From Octopus sinensis (taxonomy: Eukaryota): 64,000 nt of DNA. Shown one piece after another: positions 26,749-39,485 of this stretch. A program made the translations under genes and the position numbers. The notes below the pieces were generated by a model. That model had not been told where the DNA came from, ran no database searches, and saw nothing but the letters and a program-made list of their open reading frames with translations. Each line of letters begins with the position of its first letter. Positions within the stretch are counted from its first letter, which is position 1. The stretch spans positions 102,610,001 through 102,674,000 of the forward strand of contig NC_043001.1 in assembly GCF_006345805.1 (NCBI RefSeq). The letters run 5' to 3'.

Positions 26749-27477
26749 CATATCTATCTATATATCTATCTATATATATATATATATAAATATATATAAA
26801 AATATATATAAAAATACAAAATGGGACAAGAATGCAAAACATTCAAATAGACGATACAAAAAACAGACGGGTCATTCGAAGCCTCTAATCTTCAGTCAAG
26901 AACCGGATCATCTTTGCAATTACGGCTGATTAATCTTGATGTCTTTCGACTTTAGACAGTTCAACTTAGCTGGCGTATTTGAAAAATAATGCCTTACGGC
27001 AGACGAAAAGATTAGTGTTGTCTTGGCGCTGGTCAGAAGCCGAAAGGCTATAGTTGACCGCCGGCCACATGAGAAGAGAAGAGAGAGAAAAAAGGGGCAA
27101 AGGAATTAAAGAGAGGGAGAAGAGAGAGAAAAAGGGGGACAAAGGTATTAAGGAGGGAGAGAAGAAAGAGAGCGTACCAAGGATTGGCGGGACAAAAGAA
27201 AGGCAGGGTCAGTGAAGTGCAAAGTAAGAGAGGCAGAGAAATGTGAGAGAGTGGGGAAAGAGGAGACCAAAGAATCAAAGAGGCGAGAAAAGAGAATGAC
27301 AGAGACAAGTAGAGTACAAAGTGAGAAAGACATAGAAAGTGTGTAGAAGTCGTACAAAGTTTAGCGGAATGCTTACATACATATAAGAGAACAAGGTGTA
27401 CGTACGCCGCAATAATATATGAATAAAAATACAAAATGGGAAAAGAACGCAAAACATTCAAATCGAACATAACAGCA

Positions 27478-27691
27478 GACGAAATACGGCTATGCATTTC
27501 ACCTGGATTGCTAACGGTTCCGCCAGCTCGCCACTTTCCTAACCACTGGGCCATTGCGCCTCCAAAAACTATATTGTGGCAGCGGTGGGATACAATATAG
27601 TTTTTGGAGGCGCAATGGCCCAGTGGTTAGGAAGGCAGCGAGCTGGCGGAACCATTAGCACACTGGGCAAAATGCATAGCCGTATTTCGTC
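27478..27691. repeat. 100-bp-arm hairpin of head-to-head tRNA-like/SINE heads
   Basis: 27478-27577 is the reverse complement of 27592-27691 (10 mismatches/100, inner 42 bp perfect), with a 14-nt spacer. Confidence 0.9.
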
Positions 27692-29348
27692 CTACAATTA
27701 GTGGTTAGACTAGGCTTCCCTGATAAAATCTAATAAAAATAAAAACATGTTCACAGTTGTCACTATGCTGCCAAATAGTTAACTTGCTCCCTATTCCATT
27801 CTAATTTTAATTAATTTCAATTAATTAAAATTCTGGTGGTTGTCTGCCTAGTTTCCTGACCAGAAAAACTCATTGAGGAAATATTTTTTTTCCTCTGCAC
27901 AGCAAGTTAATATTAATCAAAACCTCTTGTCTCACTACATTATGTATGTTAGTAGGCTTTTACTATTCGTTTTCTAGACAGCAGGCATCCCTGAGTATTT
28001 TCATCTCAGTTATTCTCGTATCTAGTTTAGTAACAAGTGAAACCCTATAAAGATCCTAACAGATGCAGGGATTAATTCTCAAATCACTGGAGTGTCAACT
28101 ATGTTGCCATCTTCACATAAAGTTAAATAACAGAGAAAGGCAACCTGAACTGCTAAAGACACTGCAACCCTTAACATCAAAACTACCACCACTACAACAA
28201 CAGCAGCAACAACAACATCAACGGTAGCCACATCAGTGATCCTCTACTGTCACCGCTAAAGGAAAAAGACACACAAATTAGTGAAAGACTTCACATAACA
28301 ACAAAGCTGTTAAAAACTAATCCATGGAACACAACCTAAAGTAAAAACAACCACATCGACATCAACCTACCCACCAGCTAATTAATATATCCTGCTTTTA
28401 TAAAAAAAATAAATAAACACGGAAAACAAACTCAAAGTAAAATTAAAACTCTTATGAAGTCTACTGAGCAGAACTTTTATTTATAGGTTTTAGCATTTAA
28501 TTTCTTTGCTAGTTTTTGGTTTTCAGTGTTTGTTTGTTTTTGTTTTTGTTCAGTATGATGAGGTTGTTAGGGGAAGGAAGGAGCGGTAATAGTAATTTTG
28601 ATTGAACATTGATTTCAACTGGAATCAAACACTATATATTAAAGTACATGATTTACAGTATTCATTAAAACCAAAGAGATCAAACAGTACATAAAATTAG
28701 TGAAGTGGGTTGCATTTATTACCATTTGATTTCTCTGGTGTTTTTGTTTTTCAGACACTGATATGGAAGAGAGTAAGATATGAAAGCAGTGATCTAATGA
28801 CCAGATAAGGACTGGAAAAGCAGAGGGAGAGAGAGAGAGAGCAGGGTAGGGTGAGATGTAGAATGTTGAGCTGGAACAAGTTGAACATCATGAGGATGAT
28901 GTTCATGATGATGATCATCGTGATCATGATGATGATCATCGTGATCATGATGACATCCATAACAATCAGCAACATATCAACAACCAAGAAAAACTAAATA
29001 GAAGAGATTTACTCTTTCATTTTGTTTCACTTTTCTTTCCTTTGCTATGTAAATGCGTGTTAGCATATCTCCATGTACAAACCCACTCCTCTACTCATTC
29101 ACACACACACACACACACACACAGCACTCCAAAAATATGTAGATATTCAAACTCTCAAAAAGCAATTGAATGCAAGAAAGCATGGGAAAATTAATGTAAA
29201 ACTACTACATATATACTACACACATATATATATCTGTGAGTGTAGTGTGTGTGGTATATATAACAAAACAGAATATATGCACATTTGAACATATATGCAC
29301 ACATAAAAGGCATATACATATACACATGCAAACTCTCCCACACTGCTT

Positions 29349-29381
<33 letters not shown>

Positions 29382-30746
29382 ATACACACACACACACATG
29401 TGCAAAATGTATGTCTATATACAAGTAAAAAGCAAAGCAAAAGGCTAATGCGAGTTGGGTGAATTTCCATAACTGTTCACCAGTTCAATACTAAATTGAT
29501 GAAGTATAGATGACAAATCACTAGTTAAATGTAGCCTTTTTTTCTTTTTTTCTGAGAAGATTATATATCAGCACTTAAAGCCTTAAACAACTCTACCACC
29601 ACATCATTCTCTCACTTTTCTTACCTAATTTGCAGCTGAGTAAATTGGAATGAATATTCAGTGCATTGCCCACAGAATAGCAGTTTCATTTTCGCATACA
29701 CACTTAAGTGTATATAACCTATGCTTTATCCATGCGGATATGCCTATCTTTCTGTTTTTTTCAATACTTCTGTATGCAATCAGTCAAAAATTGGAGAACA
29801 TATAATGCTTTGATAAATTCTTTTCAAAAGTTTTAAATAAGTTTTTCAATGGCACTGGAGAAGTAAAGATATCACAGCAAATACTCAGCACATACCACTA
29901 AACTAAATTTACAAATCTAATGCCTTGCACATGAAATGTTTTCAAAGATTTCATCAATCTCACCGCTAAGGTAATCACGATAATGGACATGTCAGTCAAA
30001 GTAATAAAACAAGCTATCACATCATCAGACTTATTATAGCATGAGCCAATGAAATCCTGGTTGCCTGATATTCTAGAAACAGCATCCACATTGCCCTCAA
30101 TTCACACAGAGCTGTTTTACATGCAAACCTACCTGTGCACAAGGTTTCCCTGTCAAATCTCATCTGCGCAACATATCCTCCTAACACCCCTCTACCTATG
30201 CCCACTCACTGCTTATCCCTCCACTCCACCTCTCTTTTCACACTCTCAAGAACTTACCTACCACTCACCCTATCCAACTCCTGGCCCACTTCCTTATATA
30301 AGCCTCATCACAACTTTACCATATTATCTCCTCAATCCCTCTCTCCAGCTTTGGTAGCCCCATGCATCTCCTCTACTGCAAGACACCTATTTCTGTCTCT
30401 CTATTCATACTCTAAGTTCTCACCCAGTACAAAGCCACCTCCCTCAATACTGCACCCATACTCAGTTGAGGGGTCTTGTCTTGTAAGATACATGGTGACC
30501 TCACTGTGCTAGTGTGACATAAAAAGCACCCAGAGCACTCTGCAAAGTGACTAGCATCAGGAAGGGCACCCAGCCATAGAAACCACACCAAAACAGACAA
30601 GGGAGCCTGCTGTGATCCACAAGCTCCAGTCAAACATATATACATGTATCAAGGAGGTTTCACATACTAGTGTAGCACATTCAATGGTGGTGCCTCAGCA
30701 TGGCCACAGCTTTCGGGCTGAAACATTTTAAAGGATTTTAAGGACT

Positions 30747-30747
30747 T

Positions 30748-30810
<63 letters not shown>

Positions 30811-30991
30811 ATATATATGTCTATATACATATGTCTATATACATATGTCTATATACATATGTCTATATACATATGTATATATACATATGTATATACATAT
30901 ATATATATTATATATATATATATCTATATATATATATATATAAATACATATATGTATATATACATATGTATATATACATATATATATATAC

Positions 30992-31025
<34 letters not shown>

Positions 31026-31165
31026 ACATATGTCTATATACATATGTCTATATACATATGTCTATATACATATGTATATATACATATATATATATAATAT
31101 ATATACATATATATATATATATATACATATGTATATATATATATATGATATATATATATATATAC

Positions 31166-31228
<63 letters not shown>

Positions 31229-31328
31229 AATATATATAAATATGTAATATATATATATAAATATATATAAATACATATATATATATATATATACATATGT
31301 ATATATACATATGTATATAGACATATGT

Positions 31329-31377
<49 letters not shown>

Positions 31378-31682
31378 AATATATATAAATATGTATATAA
31401 TATATATATATAAATATAAATACATATATGTATGTATATATAATATATATATATATATTATATATATATATATATATATAATATATAATATATATAAATA
31501 CATATATGTATGTATATATATATATAATATATATATAAATATGTATATTATATATATATAAATATATAAATACATATATGTATGTATATATATATATATA
31601 TATGATGATATAAATATGTATATATACATATATACATATGTATATATACATACATATATAAATATATATATACATACATATA
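30747..31682. repeat. Long compound (AT)n microsatellite with ATATACATATGT(C/A)T higher-order units
   Basis: About 940 bp of almost only A/T; produces the spurious Y/I-rich ORFs at 30817-31929. Confidence 0.95.
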
Positions 31683-32019
31683 AATGAAATAGTGTGATAT
31701 GGTGTTTGTGTGGATCCTCAAAGTTTGAGGTAAGGTAGAATTGAGTTGAAGAAAAACTGAGTGTGTAGGTGAGAAGAAATTGCACGAGTGCATGGGAGAA
31801 TGAGATGGGGAGAAGGTAAGAGGAATAAATATAGATAATGAAGAACAAGTGTTGAGTGGATAAGGGATAAGTAAGGGATGGAGTGGGTGACAACAGTGAG
31901 CATTGTCTTCTTTCAAATAAAATTTCCAAGCACTATTTTCAGGTACTAGTTGTTGAGTATGTTACCTTCCTAGACAACCTGATTAACTCTATTGGTAACT
32001 AGGCTATATTCTGTTCCAC

Positions 32020-33190
32020 CTTACTAGGATCAGTAGAGCTTCTCCCTGGCACGAAACCAAGCTGCATCTCATTTAGGTTAACTTTCTTCCTAATTAGTTG
32101 AGCTACGATCCTTTCTGTAACTTTCATGCTCTGGTCTAGCAGTTTGTTACCTCTGTAATTACTTCTGTCTAAGGTATTTCCTTTACCTTTGTAGCTGTTG
32201 ACTACAAAGGTAAAGGAAATACCTTGCTGCTTGGTTTTGTGCCAGGGAGAAGCTTTACTGATCCCAGTAAGACAACTGCAAGAGAAGCATTTAGCTGAAA
32301 ATAAACCTCTGTACTTGGCATTTGTCAACATGGAGAAAGGTTTTGACATGGTCCCTCATTTCCTCATCTTATGGTTGGAAAAGAAGTTAAGGGTAGATGA
32401 CTGGTTGGTGAGAGCTATCAAAACCATGTACAGGGACACTATCAGTAATGTGAAAGTCGACAATGAGTATAGCTAAGAATATGGTGTGCAGGTAGAAATT
32501 CACCAGGGTTCAGTTCTCAGTCCCCTCCTATTTATCAATACTCCTCTAGCCATAACAGAGGATTTTAAGACTGGTTGTTTATGGCAAAATTTCTATGCTG
32601 ATGATCTTGTTCTTAAAGCTGAATCTGTAGTTAAAATAGAAAAGACCTTCCAAGTGTTGAAGCAAAACCTGGAATCAAAGGGCTTTAGAAAAGACAAAAG
32701 TCCTAGAAAGCAGGAAAGCAGTTTGTGGGCTTATTCCTTCAGGATAAGCATACTAGCTGGCCCTGTTTGATACATAGAAAAGGGGTAGGTGACAATTCCA
32801 TTTGGTGTATCCTATGGGCATAAAAAAGGTGCAGTGGAATCACAGGAAGATTAAAGGAGAAAGTAGACTTTGTTTGTAGCAGAGGAGCAGAAGCAATAAA
32901 CACTAAGAACACACAGGAAATAGATTCGGCTGAATGCCCAGGAGGATCCTTACAGGTAGTAGATACTTTGTTATCTACATAACAAGTAGCAATGGTGGGG
33001 AATCCACTGAAAGTCAAGTTGTTACAATACATTCTGGCTTGTAGAAAGTTCAGAGAGCTGTTATCTAAGCCTTTCACTGTAAGTTATCTCAGAGTGAAAA
33101 GCAGACTGTATGATGCTTGTGAACAAACAACAATGCTACATGGTACGGAAATGTGGCCTGTGAATGCAGAGGTCAACTTGGAATGTAGAC
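32020..33190 (+). mobile_element. Degenerate RTE-clade LINE reverse-transcriptase fragment with fold-back (inverted) 5' end
   Basis: Plus strand: RQLQEK…LYLAFVNMEKGFDMVP, HQGSVLSPLLF, FYADDLVL, LRVKSRLYDAC…MLHGTEMW. Minus strand 32020-32194: KGKGNTLDRSNYRG…MQLGFVPGRS, which is the RT region upstream of the plus-strand part. Confidence 0.9.
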
Positions 33191-34021
33191 ATTAAATGAT
33201 GAAGAAGATGATGATAATATATTGGATTGGATTACCTATGTTCAATCAAGTGGAGGGCAAAGCCCCAGCAGGTTCTCTCCAGCAAGAGATCATATTAATT
33301 TGCTGAGCCCACTCTGCCGCATTGACATGACTTGTCATGGCAGAGGGTTGCAGTTTGTACACTCTTACACAGGAACAGTTAAGTCGATTACATTGACCCC
33401 AGTTCTCTGCTGGTACATGGCAGAATCATTAGCACGTCAGGTGAAATGCTTAGTTGTATTTTGTCCTTACATTCTAAGCTAAAATTTTGCCAAGGTAGAC
33501 TGTGCCTTTCATGTTTTGGGGTTGATAAAATAAGTACTAGCTGAGCCCACGCATGCACACACACACACACATACACACATTGTGTATTGACGGAATCTCT
33601 CAAAGGTGATGTCCAACCATGATCACGATCATCTAAAATCTCTGAGGAATTTCAAAAGTAATATACAAATCCATCCAAACTGATGTGTAAATTACAAGTC
33701 TACCATCATAACGTCAGAATATGTATTAGTAACATTTATAGCCAAGGCAAATACAAAAAATAATTTAAAACATAAAAACGCTCACAAAATATGAACAGAA
33801 TACATTTGCAACTTTTTTGTTTTACTGAGAATAAAGTAGTTACAAGAAAGAAGTGACTCACTTGCACAAACCGTGATAACGGGCTACACAAGATGCTTCA
33901 AACATCTGATGTAGTAGTCATTAAAAGTGTTGACCACTATGACTCAGCAGGTCCCTTCCAATTACCGGACCTAATACCATTAATTGGAGCAGTTTGATAG
34001 GTTAAAAGTGTGGACTGGTCA

Positions 34022-34063
<42 letters not shown>

Positions 34064-37000
34064 TGTGTGCTTGCACATGTACATATGTGTGCAAGGCTGC
34101 AATCAAAGTTAGAAGGAAGAAAGGAAGGAGAATTCAAATGAATGATTGTTCAGAGAAAGAAGATATCAAACTGGATTTCCCCAAACACTCAAGCTGAAAT
34201 CTTCACGATCGGTGGAGTGGAAGGTAAACAGTGTCTTATCCAACCCTAGCATCTCCATAGACACACATGGCAAGCACACACACACATGCACACTAACTAG
34301 CGTTAATACATACCAGAGGACATTTGTGTTTCATTTTAGAGATTGTTAAAGGGTTTTATTGAAGATGAAAGGAGTCACTTAGAAAACTGCAATCTTAATA
34401 ATCAAGTAGTTAGCAACAAGAGGGAGATTCTACATGGGTAATGTATCAAAGGGACTTTGTGTAGGGTTTGCCAATTCATATTACTACAGAGCGACAGGAT
34501 TCCTTAAACCTGTTTGCTGCATTCTTAGCATTCAATGACATGGCAAAAACTAATAATCCAGGCTAAACAGATAACTGACAGATTCGCTGCAGCAGGGAAC
34601 AAGGAAGATTATTGACAATGACGGCCTGACCATGATAGAATGAGGAATTTCTCCAGGTTTACTAATCAACTGTACAAGGAAACTTCTATCAATAAAAGCC
34701 ATTGGTATTAAAGAGAAATGAAAAGTTCCAAGAAGATTATTAAATGTTGAAGGAATACATTAAGATGATGTAAAATAAATTTCATTAGATGTTTAGCACA
34801 TGCGTGTGTGTGTGTAAAAGGGAGAGCATGTCAAAGTTGTCCACATAATCTTTTGTGCAACACAAAAGTTAACAATTTGACATAGACAAGCATTCAGGTT
34901 AATATTAGTGAATGCAGAAAATGGCCCACAAGTGTGAGCAGGATCCCAAGTGTAAGTGGGGTCACAGAGAGAGATGCTGCAAACACACTGTCATTCAAAT
35001 AATCATATACAGACAAATGTAATATTTGTATGAGGGTTTATCAAATCCACCCTTGCACCCAAGTGTATCACTATGTACTTATTAACTTTTCTACTTATTT
35101 CTCTATAAGTAAAAGTAAAATAAAAGAGCATGCTATGTTGCTGAAGCAAGGTGAGGGAACCAGAAAGAAAACCTACTTGCAAAAGTATTGATAGAAAAGA
35201 TTTATAACAGAAGAATCAGGGATTTATCTTTACCAAAACATGACGATGACAACAGAGATGATGAAACAATAACAGATAGTTGTAACAACTAACAATGAGG
35301 CTGATATAAATAATGGAAACCAGAATATATCTCTACTCAGTAAAAATGTCAGCACTAACAGTCACCTGAATATAAATACCCTTCATTTATTGACAATATA
35401 TAAATCTATAACAGACTTTCCAAAAGCTGTCATCATCATCATCATTGTCTAACATCTGTTTTCCATGCTGGCATGGGTTGAACAGTCTGACTGGGGTCTG
35501 GCAAGCCAAGAGGCCACACCAGGCTCCAATCCCACCTGGCAATGTTTCTACAGCTGGATGCCCTTCCTAACGCCAACCACTCCAAGAGTGTAGTGGGTGC
35601 TTGTTATGCACTGCCAGCGTGGGAGCCAGTCAGATGGTACTGGTGTCGGCCACATTCAGATGGTGCTTTTTACGTGCTACCAGCACAGGAGCCAGTCAGG
35701 GCAGGGGTGCTGGCAATGACCACATTCAGATGGTGCTTCTTATGTCTTGTGATAAGGGTGACTTAAATCTACATCCAAAAGATTACAGTTAATTAACTGA
35801 AGTCTAAATTACAATGAAATAAAGGGGCTCAATAAAAAAATAAATAGAATTACAGGAAAACAAGACCTAAAAAGAATACTGAGAAAGAAAAAGAAAAGAC
35901 AGCATTAAGATACACAAATATATAGAATTCTAAAAATCTAAAAGAAAAGAAAAAGTCATAGAGATGAAAGTAGGCAACAGATATCAACAATTAGTCTCAG
36001 AAATATAAATTTGAACAACACAGTATTGTTAATCAGATGTTCAGATATTGTGAACTTGTATTGATTCTGTAACCTGACCCATCTCAGCAGAGATAGGGGA
36101 ATAAATATGTGTCATCCTTTCAAGTACAGCAATTCAGAATGTGCGTCAAGTGTTGCTACCAAACAATAAAATTGTGTAATCCTGTACACAATCCCAGTAG
36201 ATTTCAGTAAACACAGAACTTATAACAAGCTTACATCCTGAACATCTGGATAATTCCAGATACCATCTAACAACTGATTGTTATCAGGGAAGGGATTAAT
36301 AATGTAGCAAAGTGCTGAAATCATAGAAATTTCCAGTCAACAGCTGACTATGAGATTCTACTGTAGCATCTTGTAGTACACAGACACATAAGGTGAGGCA
36401 CCTACAGAGGAATCACACTTACATACACAGCAAGCCAAGGTTTATTTTGCCATAAGCTTTATCTGCAGGAATGTTTCACTTGCAGTAGAAACTATTTTAT
36501 CTTATTTCGTTTTACTTGTATCACTTCTGTTTTGAAGGCCACAAAGCTTCATTCCCCTCCTTGAACACCTTAAACTTTAAACTTACCAGAAGTCAATAAG
36601 AAAAATATGCTTGTGTGTGTGTGCAAGTGTGTGAGTGTGTGTGTGCATGCATACACAGACACACATCTTTGTATTTGTCTCTCACCCTTTGTATATATTC
36701 TCATGACTTAGCAATTCAGCAAAACAGAGATCAAGAAAGTCACGGTCGGTTTGATCAACCAAGCTTTTTACAGTGACGCACTAATATGGCTACAGTGCAA
36801 TGACTGAAACAAGTAAAGGAAGAAAAGTATCCAAAAATCTTTAGCAAAACAGAATGAGTCTTCAAAGATTACACTTAAATCTTATTCATAATTCCTAAAA
36901 AGAGAAAGAAATGTCATTGATACAAATAGTTGACGCATCAAAAAAGTACAGAAAATATTAATCAAAATTAATTTCAACCAGAATTTAGCAGAATATTTTG

Positions 37001-37890
37001 AAGAGATTATTTCCCTACCATCCACGAAATAGATAAGAAAATGGCCAAAAGTGTTATTATAATTTCTTCCCAAGGGGACAGACTTGGCACTACACAGTTT
37101 GCTACTTTACGGTTATATCACAATTTCACATGGACAGATAGATGTCATAAAATATCTCAAACTTTCAAAACTGGTTGCAAGCTGAATAACTGGATACCTC
37201 GAACACAATGAGGTATTTTAATTAGGAATTTAAAACAATATCAATGGTACTTATGGGAACCAGTAATATATTTACTCCATTAGACAATTCCATTACTCAT
37301 AAAGCAGGTCAGAGTCTCAGAAACACATAAATACACACAAACACACACAGCTGAACACATATTATTCCATGTAATTTTTTTTTTTTTATCAGTGATTATA
37401 AATGAATTTCAACAAAGTATAACCATAAATATGCTGCATTATATCACAGTATGATAAAGAAGTTGCTGTCATCAAAATGTAATAACCAGTTAACTTGTAA
37501 CACAACTAACAAGTACCATTGTCAACATTGGTGATTAAATTTTAATGGACCAACACAAACATTTCCATTAGTAAGTGCAGCACCTGAAATGTCAGCAGCC
37601 AGGTTCTGACATCAACGTGAATCACCCTTTGCAGGATGTGGGATATTGTTTTTAGCATTAATTCAATGTGTGCCTACATGCAGATGATCATAACATCAAT
37701 GTTGGCAAACAGATTAGATCTCAATGTTGATCAACAGTGTAAAACATCACAATCAAACTGGTTATTATTACTCACAAGAAATCTTATGTCAAAAATTACC
37801 GGATTCGTTTAATGACACCATCAATATGTCACTTTATTATATAACATACCTGCTACAACTTCAGTGTTATGGATTCTGCAGTTATTGGCT

Positions 37891-38050
37891 CACTGGTGCA
37901 GAACATAGCATTACTGACTCAGCATCACAGAACACAGCATTATTGCATCACTGGTGCAGAATATAGCCTTACTGCTTCACTGGTTCAGAACAGAGCATTA
38001 CTAATTCATGGGTGCAGAGGACAGCATCACTAGTTCATTGGCACAAGTAT
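37891..38050. repeat. 29-bp minisatellite, 5 copies plus a partial copy
   Basis: Units start at 37891, 37920, 37949, 37978 and 38007; consensus about cactggtgcagaacatagcattactgant. Confidence 0.85.
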
Positions 38051-38418
38051 ACCACACTGGGAAGAGCATAAGTCATTTCATATCATTTACTGCCCTTACG
38101 TTACAAAATATTAAAACAACTAAGTTATAACAATATTGTTTAAATTCTATCAAATTATCCTCAAGATATGTAATATCAATTTTATTTTCAATTTCAATGT
38201 ATAGCTGCTAGATTTACACATCTGGGTTTCATTCATTTGGACACTATTGTTTTACAACTAGATGTCCTTCCAGCCATTAGCCCTTACTTGTTTTTCCGAG
38301 AAACGGGTTTCTCATTCTACTTGTCTCCAAGGGCATAAAGGCGGCAGATGATTTGTTGACAGGAGAATGACAGAATGATCACCATTAATGTTTCAGTAAT
38401 CTCAAGAGAAGTAAAATT

Positions 38419-38455
<37 letters not shown>

Positions 38456-39259
38456 AGGCATCTTTGATTTTGCATCAACAAAATCACAAGTCTTTGGTCA
38501 GCCCAAGGCAACAGTAGACAACATGCGTAAGATGCCATGCAGTGGAACTGAACATAAAACCACATAATTGAGAAGCAATCTTCTTAATCGCACAGCCATG
38601 CCGGGGCTAACTGTGGAAATATATGGGAAATTCTATGTGGTCACTTGACCTGTAACCAATAACAACCAAAACATGCTTTATAATATTTAAAAAAAGGAAT
38701 GATGCAATGCAAAATGAAGCCCTAGACACACGATACTTTTGTAACAATTGCTTAACAATAAAACAGTTGTGACCCTTACACCATCTTTTGGTGCCACACT
38801 AGTTATCATCATCAACCTTTAAATGTCCATTTTCCATGCTGGCATGAGTTGGACGGTTTGACCAGAGCTGACAAGATGGGAAGCTGCACCAAGTTCTAGT
38901 CTGAATTGGTTTGGTTTCTACAGCTGGATGCCCTTCCTAACACCAACCACTATACAGTGTGTGCTGGGTGCTTTTAACATACCATCAGCACAACTGCTTT
39001 TACGTGGCACCAGCACGAGTGTTTTATATGTGGCACAAGTGCTTTTTCTGTGGCACTGGCACAAGACTCTTGCCAGCCAATCGTCTTCACAAGGAGATGC
39101 AGCCAGAACACTTCTGTTACGGAGGACAGATCTTCTTCAGTACAGCCAGGTGCAAGGTATCTCAAACCTTTGTCATCTCATCCAAAGGGGTCAGCATTCT
39201 GAGATTACCCTTCAATAACATTTCAAAGTTGCGCTTTTTTTGTTATTTATCACAACAGT

Positions 39260-39485
39260 TTAACTCTTCACCATTTAAACCAGCCACATCTAGGCCAAAT
39301 ATTAACTGCTTTCTGTTGAAACCAGCCAGATTTAGCCTCCCACACTTATCCCACAATATCATTCTAAAAATATACAATCACATCGATGCAATCTGAAACC
39401 TACAAAATAATGAATGATTAATTAAAAACAATATGAATAAATAAGCATTACGTTTGGCAGAGTAATCTGAATGTTAAAGGGTTAA
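39260..39485. mobile_element. piggyBac-like MITE (same family, diverged)
   Basis: TTAA ctcttcaccatttaaaccagcc…aatctgaatgttaaaggg TTAA. Confidence 0.6.

Noticed and set aside
26865-26905. Possible second hammerhead on the minus strand (CTGAAGA…CGAAT)
   Set aside because: GAAA is replaced by GAAT and no convincing helix II or helix I can be formed.
27000-27065. U2 snRNA-like GCCTTTCGGCT on the minus strand
   Set aside because: Similarity is limited to about 11 nt; no branch-point-pairing or Sm-site sequence.
28860-28990. His/Asp-rich frames (HDDDHRDH… on plus; HHDHDDHHH… on minus) suggesting a metal-binding peptide
   Set aside because: Degenerate (GAT/CAT)n repeat; no usable start or splice acceptor opens either frame.
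30817-31929. Many long Y/I/H-rich ORFs, up to 293 aa
   Set aside because: Translations of the (AT)n microsatellite; no coding signal.
37891-38050. CRISPR-like array of about 29-bp repeats
   Set aside because: Tandem units with no spacers, eukaryotic context, no cas genes.
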